A stretch of 63,345 bases of DNA, filler included, from Craspedostauros australis (GCA_030167865.1; 20 parts of 20 records of this genome joined end to end with filler, not necessarily neighbours in it); one strand, 5' to 3'; numbered from the whole stretch's first letter, positions 11,653-23,847 are shown. Made by a program: numbers and translations. Notes: a model not told the origin generated them from the letters alone.

Positions 11653-13092
11653 CTAATTACTCTACGACCAGAGTACTCCAAGGCCATCCAGGATCGCATC
11701 AACCATCGATGTGCCTTTCTATTCCATACAGCAAGCAGAAGCATCATCAGCTCGGACGAGCCGATCCGCTCTCTTGTCATCTCATGCCTGTTCCAATGTG
11801 TCACTGCCCTGCAGCAGAACGTGAAAAGTCTCGCTCATGGGATCCATTGTACCCATTGCACCCCCACATTTGTTTGTTCTCATCAGCATCTCTCCAAACA
11901 AGGCCAGTGGCCGCGACTAAGTCTGAAGGGAACCCAGCACTGCTCTCACCTTGTTGCGATGATTTCGCTGCAAGATGCGTTCAACAAGTGCCTTGTACAC
12001 ACGGCCATGTTCTTTGGGCGGGCGTGGATACATGTGGAGAAAGGTGAGTTGGGTAGTCTGCTCCAAGGCTTGCTGAAGTTCTTCCATTTGTGCCGAGAGG
12101 GTCTCGGGTGGAACCTCAAACATGTTGGGTTGCAAGAAGTCATAGTATGTGAGAGATGACAAGCCCTTGTTTCCCAGGAGCGATATCAATGCGTCGAACC
12201 TTGCCATCTGCTCTTGTCGCGATGACCTGTTCCAAGCATCGGAAACACTGAGCTTCTTCAGGTGTGATGCATCTGAAAGGAGTTGGATGATCTGGTCGAT
12301 TTCTTGTTGTGAGTAGATGTGGTATCGCTGGTAGATCCGATAGAAACTGATGTGGAGCTTGTTGATGCGCTTGTTTGACTGGAATAGCTTTGCCAAGCTA
12401 TCGCAAGTGATGCGGGTCCAGTAAAAGGATACTTCGGTGACGCTGCAATTGCTTGGAGACAGCCATCTGCACAAATCAGCGCCCCCATTGGCGAGCTCAC
12501 AGCAACTAAACGCAACGTGTTTCGAGTTTTGGGAGATGTTGAACATGAGCTTGTCGCAACCAACAAGATCACATGAATCCAAATGCACACAATGTGTCAC
12601 AAGAGGGATATCGTGGAGCTGCTTCATCTCCACGAAGTCTTGAGCCAAGCGGATGAATTGGTCGGATGAAGATTCAAATGGGTGTTTGGCAGCCAATCGA
12701 AGGACGAAGCGAATCGCTTGCTTGTCTTCTTCTCCGAATTGGTCAATGGTACCGAATTCCAGATTCAGGGATCGAATGCAAATCCGTCCGCAGCCCCTGC
12801 GAAGCTGATCGCCCAGTAGAACACGAGGTGATAAAGCAACGTACTTGTGCTGCCGCTTCAGCGATTCCAAGTCAGCAAAGGTGAATCCTGCTTCGATGGC
12901 CATGTCCCAGTATTCCATCCGCTTGGGTGTGACACTGTAGCAGTCGACCCGCTTCGCTAGTAGGCGCTGCACATTGAACACGATCTTCGGTGACAGCTCT
13001 TTTCCATGGAGTTGTTTCCAGAAAGTCTTGAAGTCTGAACCATGATGGCTGTCGGTATTGGTGGTGGCGGCAGCATCCATGTTGCGGTTCAT
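11653..13092 (-). pseudogene. RNI-like LRR protein, copy 2, C-terminally truncated by nonsense codons
   Basis: Collinear with copy 1 without indels. Trp TGG->TAG at 11917-11919 and a second TGG->TGA downstream. It could still encode a 391-aa truncated product. Confidence 0.7.
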
Positions 13093-14111
13093 CCTTTTCT
13101 TGTCGTTGCTGTCGTCACTGTTGTTGTTGTTGTCGTTGTTGCTGTTGTCGCTGCTTCTGCTGATTGTTGTTGTTGCTGATTGTTGCTGCTGGTGGTACGA
13201 TCGTACGAGTAGATCAGGTAGAGGAGGTAGAGCAGGTAGAGTATGTGATCCCAAATCAGTTGCGCTTGAATAGCGATTATGATCTCATCTGCTCAAGTTT
13301 GCTGTCCTCCATTTCATGATCCTGTGCATTGATCACGAAGCAACGTGTCGTCAACCAACACGCCTGCATGGACTTGCGCAGTTCCACCACGGTGCACGGT
13401 ATGGTATGATGCGACCGTGGATAGCCACATCACGATCCGAAGCTGGCTCGCTCATTCGCTCGCTCACACGATACGACCTTCGATCGTGCCCAACTTGGCC
13501 ACGCTGTGCAGTTGCGCTTCTTCATATGATACCATAGTTTGTGTAGTCTGAGTACATCCCTCTGTGATGGTCTTGGGGGAGTCAACTGCGATACCATATG
13601 AATACATACTATGTAACATACTTCGGCAGTTGAATGTCATCGAACGGATGCAATGGGCGGATCCGCAATGTGAGAAATCCACGATGTGAAGAATCCACCA
13701 CGATGACTTCTTCCGTGGAAATCAGAGGCGTTTTTGTGTTTTGTGGTGGGGGTGATGATGACGATCACGATGATGACACCATTCGTGTTTCAATCTGCAA
13801 CAAACGTATCCAGGACTCATCTCGCCTCACCCAATCATTGCGAACCCTGTGGCGATGATGATGGCCATGATGGTGCTGCTGCTACAGACATCGCTGCAGA
13901 ATACTGATGCAGATCGTCACAACCGCAACGCTCACATGATGATCACCGTCGCCATCAAGCATCTATCCACAGAGTACGTATATCAATACTCTCTCTCTCG
14001 TTTCTCTCTGCTTCTAGCGAGAGACTTCGAACAATGCCGGCTGGTTGACTTGATCCCTCACTCATTGATCGCCCAACCACAGAGGCAGCCGCAACAAAAT
14101 GAATCACAGCA

Positions 14112-14972
14112 ATGGCAGCAATGACAGCAATGGCATCAATGGCATCATTGATGCATCAAAAGAGGATGATTGGTGCCATCTACATTGCGTGCATGGTGCA
14201 TGGTGGCGGCAACGAACGCACTGTCATCACCATCCCCGTCATCCTCACTCCAACGCAGAAGCGAAGCAGCAACAGTAGCAGCAGCAACGGGAATGAAAAT
14301 GAGAATCACCAACCAATACGGAAGATCGCAGTCATCGGTGGTGGCATCGCCGGTCTCTCCTTGGCGCATGCCTTCGAAAACATCAGCAACAGCAACGATG
14401 CACACAACATTGATGTGACATGCTTCGATGCGACATGCCTCGATGCGAGGCCAGAATTGGACGTCGTCGCAGGTGCGGGTGTGCAGCTTAACGGCGGCAT
14501 GGCGGTGCTGAAGCAGATCTCTCCGTCCCTGCAGCGTGCGGTGGCCGATGTCGCGCTGCCGTTGACGACCGTGCGATCCAAGACCACCAATTGGTTCTCA
14601 TCCAACAAGGAGTTCCAGCTGCTGCACTTCAATCTCAGACAAATGATCATGGATGTGGGCGGCGACACGACGAAGGCGCTGATCCAAGAGGACGGTGAAG
14701 CCATGGCTCACCATGCTCCATCATGCGAGGAGTGTTGCAGGAGGTGTTGCTGGAGGAGCTGAAGACGACGCCCGTGCATCTCCGCAAGCAGGTGGCGAAT
14801 GCGGAACATGAAAAGACGGAGGCGTGACATGCCATTCATCTTGCGTTTGGAGATGGAACGAAGGAAGGCCGGGCTGGTACGATATGGTGGTGGGCTGTGA
14901 TGGTGTCAACAGCGTCGTCAAGCAGTACATCAACAACAATGCGCGGTCCCCATCAGACAGCCAACGCAATTC
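14112..14972 (+). pseudogene. FAD-dependent monooxygenase, copy C (retains central region; frameshifted; runs into gap)
   Basis: KIAVIGGGIAGL, GAGVQLNGG, IMRGVLQEVLL (shifted frame near 14715) and YDMVVGCDGVNSVVK (DG motif). Confidence 0.75.
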
Positions 14973-15072
14973 NNNNNNNNNNNNNNNNNNNNNNNNNNNN
15001 NNNNNNNNNNNNNNNNTTAATTAATTAANNNNNNNNNNNNNNNNNNNNNNNNNNNNNNNNNNNNNNNNNNNN
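14973..15072. other. Artificial contig spacer N44-TTAATTAATTAA-N44 (first of 19)
   Basis: Six-frame-stop linker at 15017, 20901, 22701, 23892, 27211, 28328, 30090, 31422, 35225, 37984, 40314, 42852, 46199, 48423, 51792, 54105, 56235, 58830 and 60782. Confidence 0.98.
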
Positions 15073-16949
15073 CTAGTAGTACATGAACAACAACAAGAAG
15101 GAAGACAACAGAGGGTTCTGACAACAACAGGGTTCTGTTGTGTGGCATTGTCGAAACGAGAATCTTCGACTGATACGACTATGAGTCAGATCACCAAAGA
15201 AGATCAATGACTGTGTTGACATCTGTCGAAGCACAACGAATGCGAAAGATCGTTGATGGTGACACCCAAGTGGTTCGAAATGGTCGTTGGGTGTTTCCAT
15301 TGGTCTGAACGGTCTTTCGGCCTTGAGTCTGCCTCCAACAACTCGACTTCAGTCACAATCAACACCACATCAATTCGAAGCAAACAATGTGAAAGTCTTC
15401 GGAGGCAGAGATACAGAGAGACAGAGACAGAGGAAGCTGTTCTCACCACCACCACCATGTGCACCATGACCCACACTTTCTTGCGTCATCGTGGCATCTG
15501 CAAGACTGTTGACTCTCGTCCGCCTGCCATCGCAAGCACCAACTCGAGGTGTGAAGCAATGCCCCGAACAACGATGAAGCCACCGATGTGACTGCCTTTG
15601 TTGATTTCGACCCATCTCAGTTGGATTTGGCCGGTTGCCATCCCACCGCATCGCAAGCATCACCATCTGCACAGTCAACAAGAGTCCTCAACATCAAACC
15701 AGCACCCGACCAACACCACATGCATATTGGGATGGGTTGACACGTTCAGCAATCAACAGGCGGAGCGATACCGTGCCTCCTCCAATGTTCCTGCCGCACG
15801 GACCACCAACATATGATACCATGCGCGTTCTATCCATAGGCAGAAGCGCCATCGTCTTGGCTCGTGATTTCCAAAGCATTCATGCTCAACCGAGGCGATC
15901 GACAGGAACATCCGCCTCACAAATGAAGTTGGGAGCACCACGAAGGAGGACATGCGGGTGTACGGTGCGCACATGGGCCATGGATTGCTGACCGCGTGCT
16001 TCTTGTACCATACGGAACTCTGTGTCAGCCATGATCCGCAATATGGTACTTGCACTCTGCATGGGGTTGCTTGTTGGTTGGTTGGTTTCTTCTTTTGCTC
16101 GTCAAGCTCTCTGGATGCTTGGACTGCGCTGGCTCGTCGGTTCTTGTTTTTCCACCACGCTGGCACTGCTCGCTTCGAAGATTGGAATGGATGGTGCCCT
16201 GGCATGTGTTGCTATAACAGTGAGTGATCGCTCCTTCTAGGACTTGGCAAGGCTCTCCACTTCAGTTTTGGCACAATGGTGGGAGTGCAACTCATGGAGA
16301 GACGAGGACAATAGCGTGATACGAGACGGTCGATGCAACCGTGTACCAACCATTCTCCTCGTGGCTTCTCATTATTTTCCTCTGCCTTGTTCGCCATGTG
16401 GTCTTCGTAGATCGCCTCTTCCAGAAACTTGGATTGGCTGGCATCGGCACTGTCGCTTTGCATCTGCTTGGTAGTGTGACTTGGAGTAGAGAGTGCTCTG
16501 TGTGTGAATCCGGTGGCACAGTGACGATGGCATGGCTTGTGAAAATGCTGCTGTCATGCGTCCTTTGTCTGCGCAACGAACCAACAACGATGCTGATGGC
16601 AGAGTGCGGATGGAACCACAGATGTCCAATCTGCTCATGAATGACATCAGCAACATCCGTCTGTGCGTATGTATCGTAGAGAGCAGACCAGACTCGTGGT
16701 AGACGAGGCAGAGGCAGCCTAGGAGCAGTATCCAGCCCTTCAATCTCTTGGAACATCTGGTGACTTCATCACAGCGTTTTATTGCACGGGCAGATCTAGT
16801 ACATGCGGTACTGTTCCAAACATACATAGAGAAGTACAGTCTATTCGTATGTATCTTACATTACCGGGACGTGGATCTACCATACCTCTATGAGTATGAT
16901 ACAAATACGGAGCGGCCCCTCCATCTCATTCCATCCCATCGTGTCGTGA

Positions 16950-19079
16950 TGCATCACGGGGTGGGAGTTTTGGTACCATTCATCAAGGGATGGCGGTGCT
17001 GAGACGTGCTCTTGCTCCTGATCGCTTTCTGTTGTGCGAGTTGCAGTGGTTTTGTGCCAGACGGCTTCTCATGGTAGACAGCATCGCGAGTCGACGATCT
17101 GCTTCGTCCACGACGATTTGATTGAAGGGTCCTGCGTGATGACGAATGTTTGTTGCCATGCTGTTGTTTGCCATGTCGTCCATCTTCATCTCGCTCATTG
17201 TTGTGCCGTTCAACGCTGTAATTTCGACATCCTCTTGATCTGCTTCGTTGTCGCGCCGATGGTGATCATTCATCGGAGGACTTCCTTCGCCCATCTTCGC
17301 CATGTGGTGTCGATTGGCTACGGCCACGTTGATTTGGTCTTCATGAACTTCGTCGGGCATGCTTTCAGGAAGGTGAGCCCTTGCGCCATTGCAAACCAGT
17401 ACCAGTGGAGTGTACATTTGAGTTGGTTTTGCGTGAACTCGAGGCTGCGCTCACATCATCCAAACTGCCAGATGTTCCTTGTCTCCGCGATGATGGCGAC
17501 GAGTCCATCGATACTTGCGCAGTTCTTCTATGGCCGTGATCGGACGGGCTTCGACGACTCCGCGCCGATGGCGAGCGGCGGCTTCTTCCAGAGGAGGACG
17601 TGTGAATTTCTCCGTCACGACGATGACGAAATGATGGCAAACGCTCCACACTGTTTGATCTTGACGATGTCGCGTGCGGCTTGCCACTGGTGTGCTGTGC
17701 GCTTTTCCGCCGATGCCGTGGCGACGGTGATATCAATGATGATGACACGTCTCTTGTTTTGCTGGTGTGGTGGCGTTGGGGGCCATTGCCAAGCACCTTG
17801 GAGAACGTTTCCTTTCCTTGATCACATCGCGCAGAGCACCCGTGCTTCGTCCGCGTGAACGTCGTTGCTTTGAGTCTTCGCTTGGGCACAACGAACTGCG
17901 TGCGGATCTGTTGCGAGAAGGAGCCACCTGGTCCTTCTTGCTCGATTGCAATTTGATTCCCAAACTCAAAGATCCAGGACTGGATGAGGCTTGGGGTGCT
18001 GTCGAGACACCTCCTTGTTCGCGTTCGATCTGTTGAAGATTGAGTTTGGATTTGGGCTGTGATGATGACGACGATGATGACGATGACGCCTTTGCAGATG
18101 CTTTGGTCAAGGCAAGATCGGCCCATTGCGATGGTCGAGATTCGAGAGATGGTCATAGCTTCGATTTGGCAGGATTGGTCGACGACACTTCACGTCATGA
18201 TGATCGTTTGGCCTTGAGGATGCTTTCCAACGTTGACCTGTGCTTGTTCAACAATGAAGACTGCTGTCGCTGTTCATGTGTGCGGCTGAAGGGGGCTGGT
18301 GTAGATACCGCGCTCTGACCTCCAGGTGTGACAGGGGCCTCGAGGCTTCTCCCACCGTTCGTTGCAGCAGCGCTTGTCGCAACGTCGACGCCGTCATCGT
18401 CGTGGAGACTTGGCAGATTGGAGAGTGACTCCAGGTTCTTGCTGCATGACTTTTTCAATGTCGCAACCCGGGATAGAGCCGGGGTGCTGGCTGCACTCAT
18501 CGCGCCTGGTGTGCCGGATGTGCCTGGCTTGTTGTGCCCATCCTTCGAGAATTCCAAGAATCTCAAGAACTCCAAACTCTTGCTCCTCGATTTGGCGCTG
18601 CTGGTCGTTCCGTTGGAATTCGTTTGTGTCCTTGGCCTGCGTCTCCGACTCTGGGAAAGCATCATCTTGTCTTGACTGCTCCGTTCGCGGGCTGCGCCAA
18701 GTGCTGGGGCTGTGGCGAAGCTGAGTCCACCTGGGGTGTTTGGTGCCGGTATGGATTCGTTGGTGTTGAACTTGCTGGAATCAAGGGAGCCGAATGACAT
18801 CTCGTGAGCTTGCATGTTGAGCATGTCCAGACTCTTCGCACGTGATCGTTTCACAGCCGAAGCTTTCGCATCTTGTGCTGTACTTCTATTGGCGCTGCTT
18901 GGTGTATCTGCGCTGACACTCGCACAACCACCTGATTTTGCAGCTGGTTTGGCCTCTTTGGCGACGCCAGTGGGCTTGCTCGCCTTCGATTTTGTGTCGG
19001 CCTGTTGCGGTTGCTTAATCTCCGTTTGCTTCTCTGCTATCAGTCTGACACCGTCCTCTTCCAGAAACTGTAATCGTCA
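16950..19079 (-). pseudogene. Large Ser/Arg/Lys-rich low-complexity protein interrupted by multiple TGA stops and a frameshift
   Basis: ORFs 18195-18854 and 17733-18110 share a frame, and after a shift near 17790 the 17365 frame continues. Internal repeats RAKSLD/RSKSLE/SKNLES and TPGG..ATP. In-frame TGA at 19077, 18195, 18153, 17365, 17341 and 17266. Confidence 0.55.
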
Positions 19080-19707
19080 TGACCGCACGGGCTGGACGAA
19101 GGTTCGAACAGAGTACCAGGCTGGACGCTTTGCTGTGGCAACTCCCAGAATAGTAGATAGTACTCATGGAAGGTTCCAGACTCATATCACGGGTCAAGGT
19201 GCGGAGCAACTCGCGAGTCTTCCCACAATGCCTCTTGGATGTCAATGACTCATCATCTTGTCTGATTGTTTGCGTTTGCGTTTGCGTTTGTGGTATTATA
19301 CCGATGTGGAGGGATGCGGCATCGTTGGAGTGGTCGCCATCGCCATCGTCGAACAGAGTTGCACCACATGGAGAGAACAGAGAGGTGACGTTCGTTGCGA
19401 TTGTGTGTGTCATCGTGAACAACCACCAAGTCGTCCCAACTCGACAAATTGAAGTTGTCGGCAAACGTACGACTATGCATTTACGCACCAGCTTGGTGCA
19501 GCCCCTGGCCTCGCCTGGAGCTGCCCTCGCCCGTAGCTGCCCTCGCCCGTAGCTGCCCTCGCCAATCCTCTAAAGAGAGCCATTTCTAACGCAGGACATA
19601 GCAATAGTACCATACACTCTTTGCATCTTTCTACTCCAGGGTAATACCAGAATCACGGAATGGCATCCTCTGCGGTTGTGCAATGGTGTGCAATGTGCAA
19701 TACTCTA

Positions 19708-19766
19708 TACTGTACTGTACTGTACTGTACTGTACTGTACTGTACTGTACTGTACTGTACTGTACT
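19708..19766. repeat. (CTGTA)n pentanucleotide microsatellite
   Basis: About 11 perfect TACTG units. A 16-bp AGCTGCCCTCGCCCGT x3 repeat is nearby at ~19519-19563. Confidence 0.95.
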
Positions 19767-19907
19767 CGTATTCATCGATGTAATGGCATGCAATGGCATG
19801 TAATGTATGTCAGGGTGTGGTGTGTGGTGACGGCGCAATGTGCTCATTGTTGGCAGCAGCATACTGGTATGAGCGCTTCGGTTTCTCGGGCTGTCTCGAG
19901 GCCGCTC

Positions 19908-20856
19908 TTAAGAACCGTATGTTAGCACCGAAACATCGTCATCGTGCTCGTCCTCGTCATCATGGTCGTACTCTGCTTCTCCATCCTCGGAAAATGCGCC
20001 TGTCTTGTACGTCTTCGATCCTGTGGCGTGAGTGTAGCCATCGATGCCGTTGCTTGTACTTTTTCTGGAACGCACGTCAGCTCGACCGAGTTTAGGTATG
20101 ATCTCAAATCCAGAGAGATTCGCAGGTGATGCAATTCCAAGCAGCTCATCGATCTTGTGGTTGCGGCGGGTCCATTCTGTCAGCTTCGGGTTGAGGTTGC
20201 CATGTCGGTACCGTGTGGTGACGAATTGGCCACGTCGTTCCTTGATGTCATCGACCTTGGTCTTGCATCCCCATGCTGTGTAGTGATCAACAGCGTTGTC
20301 GAAGTAGTCGCTGATCAGGTCTGGGGCGTCGTTCTGAGCATAGTGCTCGCCTGCCAGCTCACAGGCGAGAGCTGCATCATAGATACACATAGATTGCGAG
20401 GCAGTGACGATCGCCAGGTTGTACGCGTTCTGGATCCTGGAATGGCGCTTGTTCTTGATAGTGATCGAGCGCTTTTCAGCCTCGAGCAAGAATGCCTTGT
20501 GGATCCAGTTCCTTCCTCTGGTCTTCCCGATGTTGCGGAGGGTCTTGATGGACTTGCGCAGGGTTGCCAGATGGCGGAGGTGTCCTGTCTCTCTGTACCT
20601 TCCCGCCGCAATCAAGCCTGCGAAGAAGGGTGAGGCCAACACCATCAGACAGGTATGGTCTCGGGAAGCAAAAAAGTCGAAGGAGTCGTAGAGGCGTTCC
20701 GCAGTTTCATACCGTCGATGGTATACCAGGGTCCACTCCCGAGCATATAAGTTTATCAAATCTGCTGGAACCTCAGATGGATCCAATGACTCTTTGTCGA
20801 GACCTTGTGCGGCTTGAGCCTCGAAGTCTTGCCATGGGATCGGCTCATCACCAGTC
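19908..20856 (-). CDS. C-terminal TPR-like superhelical region of a STAND/AAA_16 ATPase (multi-sensor kinase-like family), partial
   Basis: NWIHKAFLLEAE...AYNLAI..A......DAALACELAG..Y...YTAWGCKTKV matches the HKxxLLxAE / ALAxE / YxxWGAxAKV signature. The 5' end is at a gap. Confidence 0.8.
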
Positions 20857-20956
20857 NNNNNNNNNNNNNNNNNNNNNNNNNNNNNNNNNNNNNNNNNNNN
20901 TTAATTAATTAANNNNNNNNNNNNNNNNNNNNNNNNNNNNNNNNNNNNNNNNNNNN

Positions 20957-22656
20957 AAGAATCCTACTACGACGCAAGCCTCACCAACGAAGGGGCCACC
21001 GACACCGAGGACGTGGATGACGACATGGGCGATGCCAACCAAGGAGAAGCGGCACGTCGCCCTATCTTCAACTTCGCCCCAGAGCTCTCTCGTGTGGACC
21101 GCATGATCGGGAACTCGACAGGACTCGTCACCAACACGGCCTGGTGCCCTCTGTGCCTCAAGCGAGGACCACTCTACGCATGGTGCGTGGAATGCCCCCA
21201 AGTTCCTTTCTTCATCCAGCTCCACAATGAGCCGCGTGGCAATGTGCCACCCAACGACGAAGAGCGCGCGGAGCGACGCACCAGACTTGAGAGAGCTGGC
21301 TCCCTCCGCAATGTGGTTCGAGCATCGCTCAGCAACGTGCTCAAAGCGGATGATGTGCGAAGTGAGCTCGCCTTACTGTGCTACGACGCTGTGGCCACCC
21401 ACAATGGGGACCGCACTCCACTGATCGAGCCACGCACGGTGTACTTCAAACTGCACGAGATCGGGATGCACACCACACTGGGAGTGTGCCGCAACCCATG
21501 CAACATCAACAACAGCTTGGAATCCCGTCGCTTCGACCCCTTCCCCAGCGATCTGATTTCGCGCATGACACACCATGCCGCGAACTCCATCGTTTGGACC
21601 TACCATCCAGGTGATGGCGGAGTCCGAAACCCAAGTCCGGAGCACTGGGTGCTGCCAATCTACTCTGAACGCGAAGAGCAACACGAAGTGGCAATGGTGG
21701 TCGGCAACACCGACAACGTCAGCGCAAGGCGCTCCTCCGTCGCACCGGACAACTACGAGGCCAACACCTGGTTGGGCGATTCTGGCGCATCGTGCCATCT
21801 CACCAACAACGATGAAGGGATGACCAACGTTCGCGTCTCTGATCAAAATGTGAAGATCGGGAGCGGGCGCTTCCTCAAGGTGACCAAGGTGGGCGACAAG
21901 CGCATGACCGTCATGCAAAGAAACGGAAGGAAGTACAACGTGGTGCTCAAGTCGGTGAAGTACGTGCCCAAGTTGTGGGTTAATCTACTGAGCATCAACA
22001 AGGCTCTCGAAAGCGGATTCAACATCAGCAACCTCGGCGTCATCATGACCCTGAAGAAAGGCAAGGCCCGCATCACCTTTGACCGCATCATGGCAACTCA
22101 TAGCGGGTTCGTTTGTGGAGTGACCATGGTGAGCAATACCAAGACGGACGACCAAGCTCATGTTGGCGTGTCAACCGTCGCACCAGTCGACATCAACACA
22201 ATCCATAAAAAGTTAGGCCACGTTGACGCGTACACCATCTCTCGAACAGCAGGGAGGTACGGNNNNNNNNNNNNNNNNNNNNNNNNNNNNNNNNNNNNNN
22301 NNNNNNNNNNNNNNNNNNNNNNNNNNNNNNNNNNNNNNNNNNNNNNNNNNNNNNNNNNNNNNNNNNNNNNNNNNNNNNNNNNNNNNNNNNNNNNNGTTCA
22401 GACACACAGCCTGGGAAGGGGCAAATACTGGCTTCTTGTGATCGACGATTACAGTGACTACTGCTGGAGTTACTTCATCACAGAGAAAAGCAACGTGGGG
22501 TCGAAGATGCTTTTGTTGTTCCAATGGCTCGAAGCGAATCAGCGAGTAACGGTTCAAAATGTCAGATGTGATAACGCAGGAGAGAATCGTTCTGCAGAGA
22601 AACTCTTACTTAACAAGGGATTCGCCCCAACCTTCGAGTACACTGCGGCATCGACT
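20957..22656 (+). mobile_element. Ty1/copia LTR retrotransposon pol fragment (extra domain, protease, GAG-pre-integrase, integrase)
   Basis: WLGDSGASCH protease, HKKLGH, integrase YWLLVIDDYSDYCWSYF and VRCDNAGEN, FEYTA. The frame is open throughout. Confidence 0.92.
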
Positions 22657-22756
22657 NNNNNNNNNNNNNNNNNNNNNNNNNNNNNNNNNNNNNNNNNNNN
22701 TTAATTAATTAANNNNNNNNNNNNNNNNNNNNNNNNNNNNNNNNNNNNNNNNNNNN

Positions 22757-23847
22757 AGCTGCATCGTGTTGTGCGCAAATAGGTCGGTGTTGGAGAGTCG
22801 GTCGTAGTTCTCGGTCGTGACGGGCGTGTCCAACACCCCCATGTTGGCGAAGAAGGCCAAGTCGCCGCTCTTGTACAAGGATTCTACGACCGGGAGCTCT
22901 GGATGGATGGCGAATTCGGAGCATGGCTGCCCGCTGGCTTGGATGATGCGAGTGCGCTCTCCTTCTGTCAATGCGATCGTTGTTCGCTCCGAGTTGTACT
23001 GATCCAGCACCGTCAACCCGTTCCTGTTGCGCTGGGTGCACGTGTGCGGAGCGAGCATGTTGTACGAGTCCATGCCACCATCCAGCAGCACGTGCACGAC
23101 TGCCTTGTAGCCCCTTGGCGATGGGGAAACCGGTGGCTGTGGCGGTCGGTCCGTGCCGGTGGTGCGCACCAAGTTGGTGGCATGGAACTCCGGTGCTGTC
23201 ACGATGAGCTGCAAACCCTTCTCCATGGCCTTGGTTGGATTGGACTCGGCTGCCATGATCTGCTTCACGTAGTTTCTCTTGCTCATCGTAAGTCGGCCAG
23301 ATGTCAGCAGCGTGGCAAGCTCGTCGATGGTCGCGTCGAGGTTGGACGTGCTGCCCGACTCGTAGGTGAGGAAGCCGAAGCTGCTGTCAGAAACGTCACC
23401 CCAATTCACATTCTCCGGACACCAGNNNNNNNNGGGACCGTACCCGCCGTAGCATTGGGTCAGGCCGTATCGGATGAGGGAGTACATTCCGTTCATGCCG
23501 GTCACCTGGCGAGGGGGCGTCACGAGCTGGGCTTCAGGAGCGACGAGGTTGCCCTGCGTGATCCGCCCAGATGGTTGGAACTCTGGCAGGAAGAACGAGA
23601 AGACGCTGCGGATCTCGTGCGCCATCTGACCAAGACGGCTGCCGAAGAATTCATTCAGCTTCAGCAGGCCCTTGTCCACCCTTTGCTCGTAGTCCAGCGA
23701 GCGCAGGATTCCAGTCACCTTCAGCAGTGGCTCCTTCAATGCTCCATATGCTGGGTCAGCATCCAGAATCACATCGCGGCTTTCTGGTGACAACAGGACC
23801 GCAGCAACAGCAGCGCCAAGATCACCGTAGCTTCCACTTCCGAAGGT
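22757..23847 (-). CDS. DUF1800-DUF1501 fusion protein, internal fragment
   Basis: GALKEPLLKV, SVFSFFLPEF and APEAQL (DUF1800 C-part), followed by YKAVVHVLLDGGMDSYNML, HPELP..LY..GD..FFANMG and LFAH (DUF1501). Confidence 0.88.

Larger units (their letters stand above)
6980..14400. repeat. Tandem segmental triplication, unit ~3.5 kb (monooxygenase + convergent LRR gene)
   Basis: GAGACTT(G/C)GAACAATGCCGGCT recurs at ~6980, ~10460 and ~14021. Intergenic blocks 9730-10460 and 13240-14020 are near-identical. Confidence 0.9.

Noticed and set aside
8206..13092. Diversity-generating retroelement (TR/VR pair) explaining LRR variation
   Set aside because: Differences are not restricted to adenines (e.g. 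AGT CAT CCA AGA vs CGC CTA CTA GCG) and no DGR reverse transcriptase is present.
15017..15028. Recurrent TTAATTAATTAA motif as a biological repeat or piggyBac target
   Set aside because: It is always centred in exactly 100-nt N spacers, so it is an artificial six-frame-stop linker.
15950..16650. Possible decayed membrane protein with RING-like CVLC..CG..CPIC
   Set aside because: Fragments lie in different frames and the RING ligand set is incomplete. It cannot be supported without homology search.
17034..17858. Long plus-strand ORF (and similar ones, e.g. 22903-23790, 44388-45308, 46676-47545)
   Set aside because: These are antisense shadows of real coding frames in GC-rich sequence.
16950..19079. 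TGA recoding (selenocysteine or alternative genetic code)
   Set aside because: Other genes here end in TGA normally, the frame also has a frameshift, and CGA->TGA decay is a simpler explanation.
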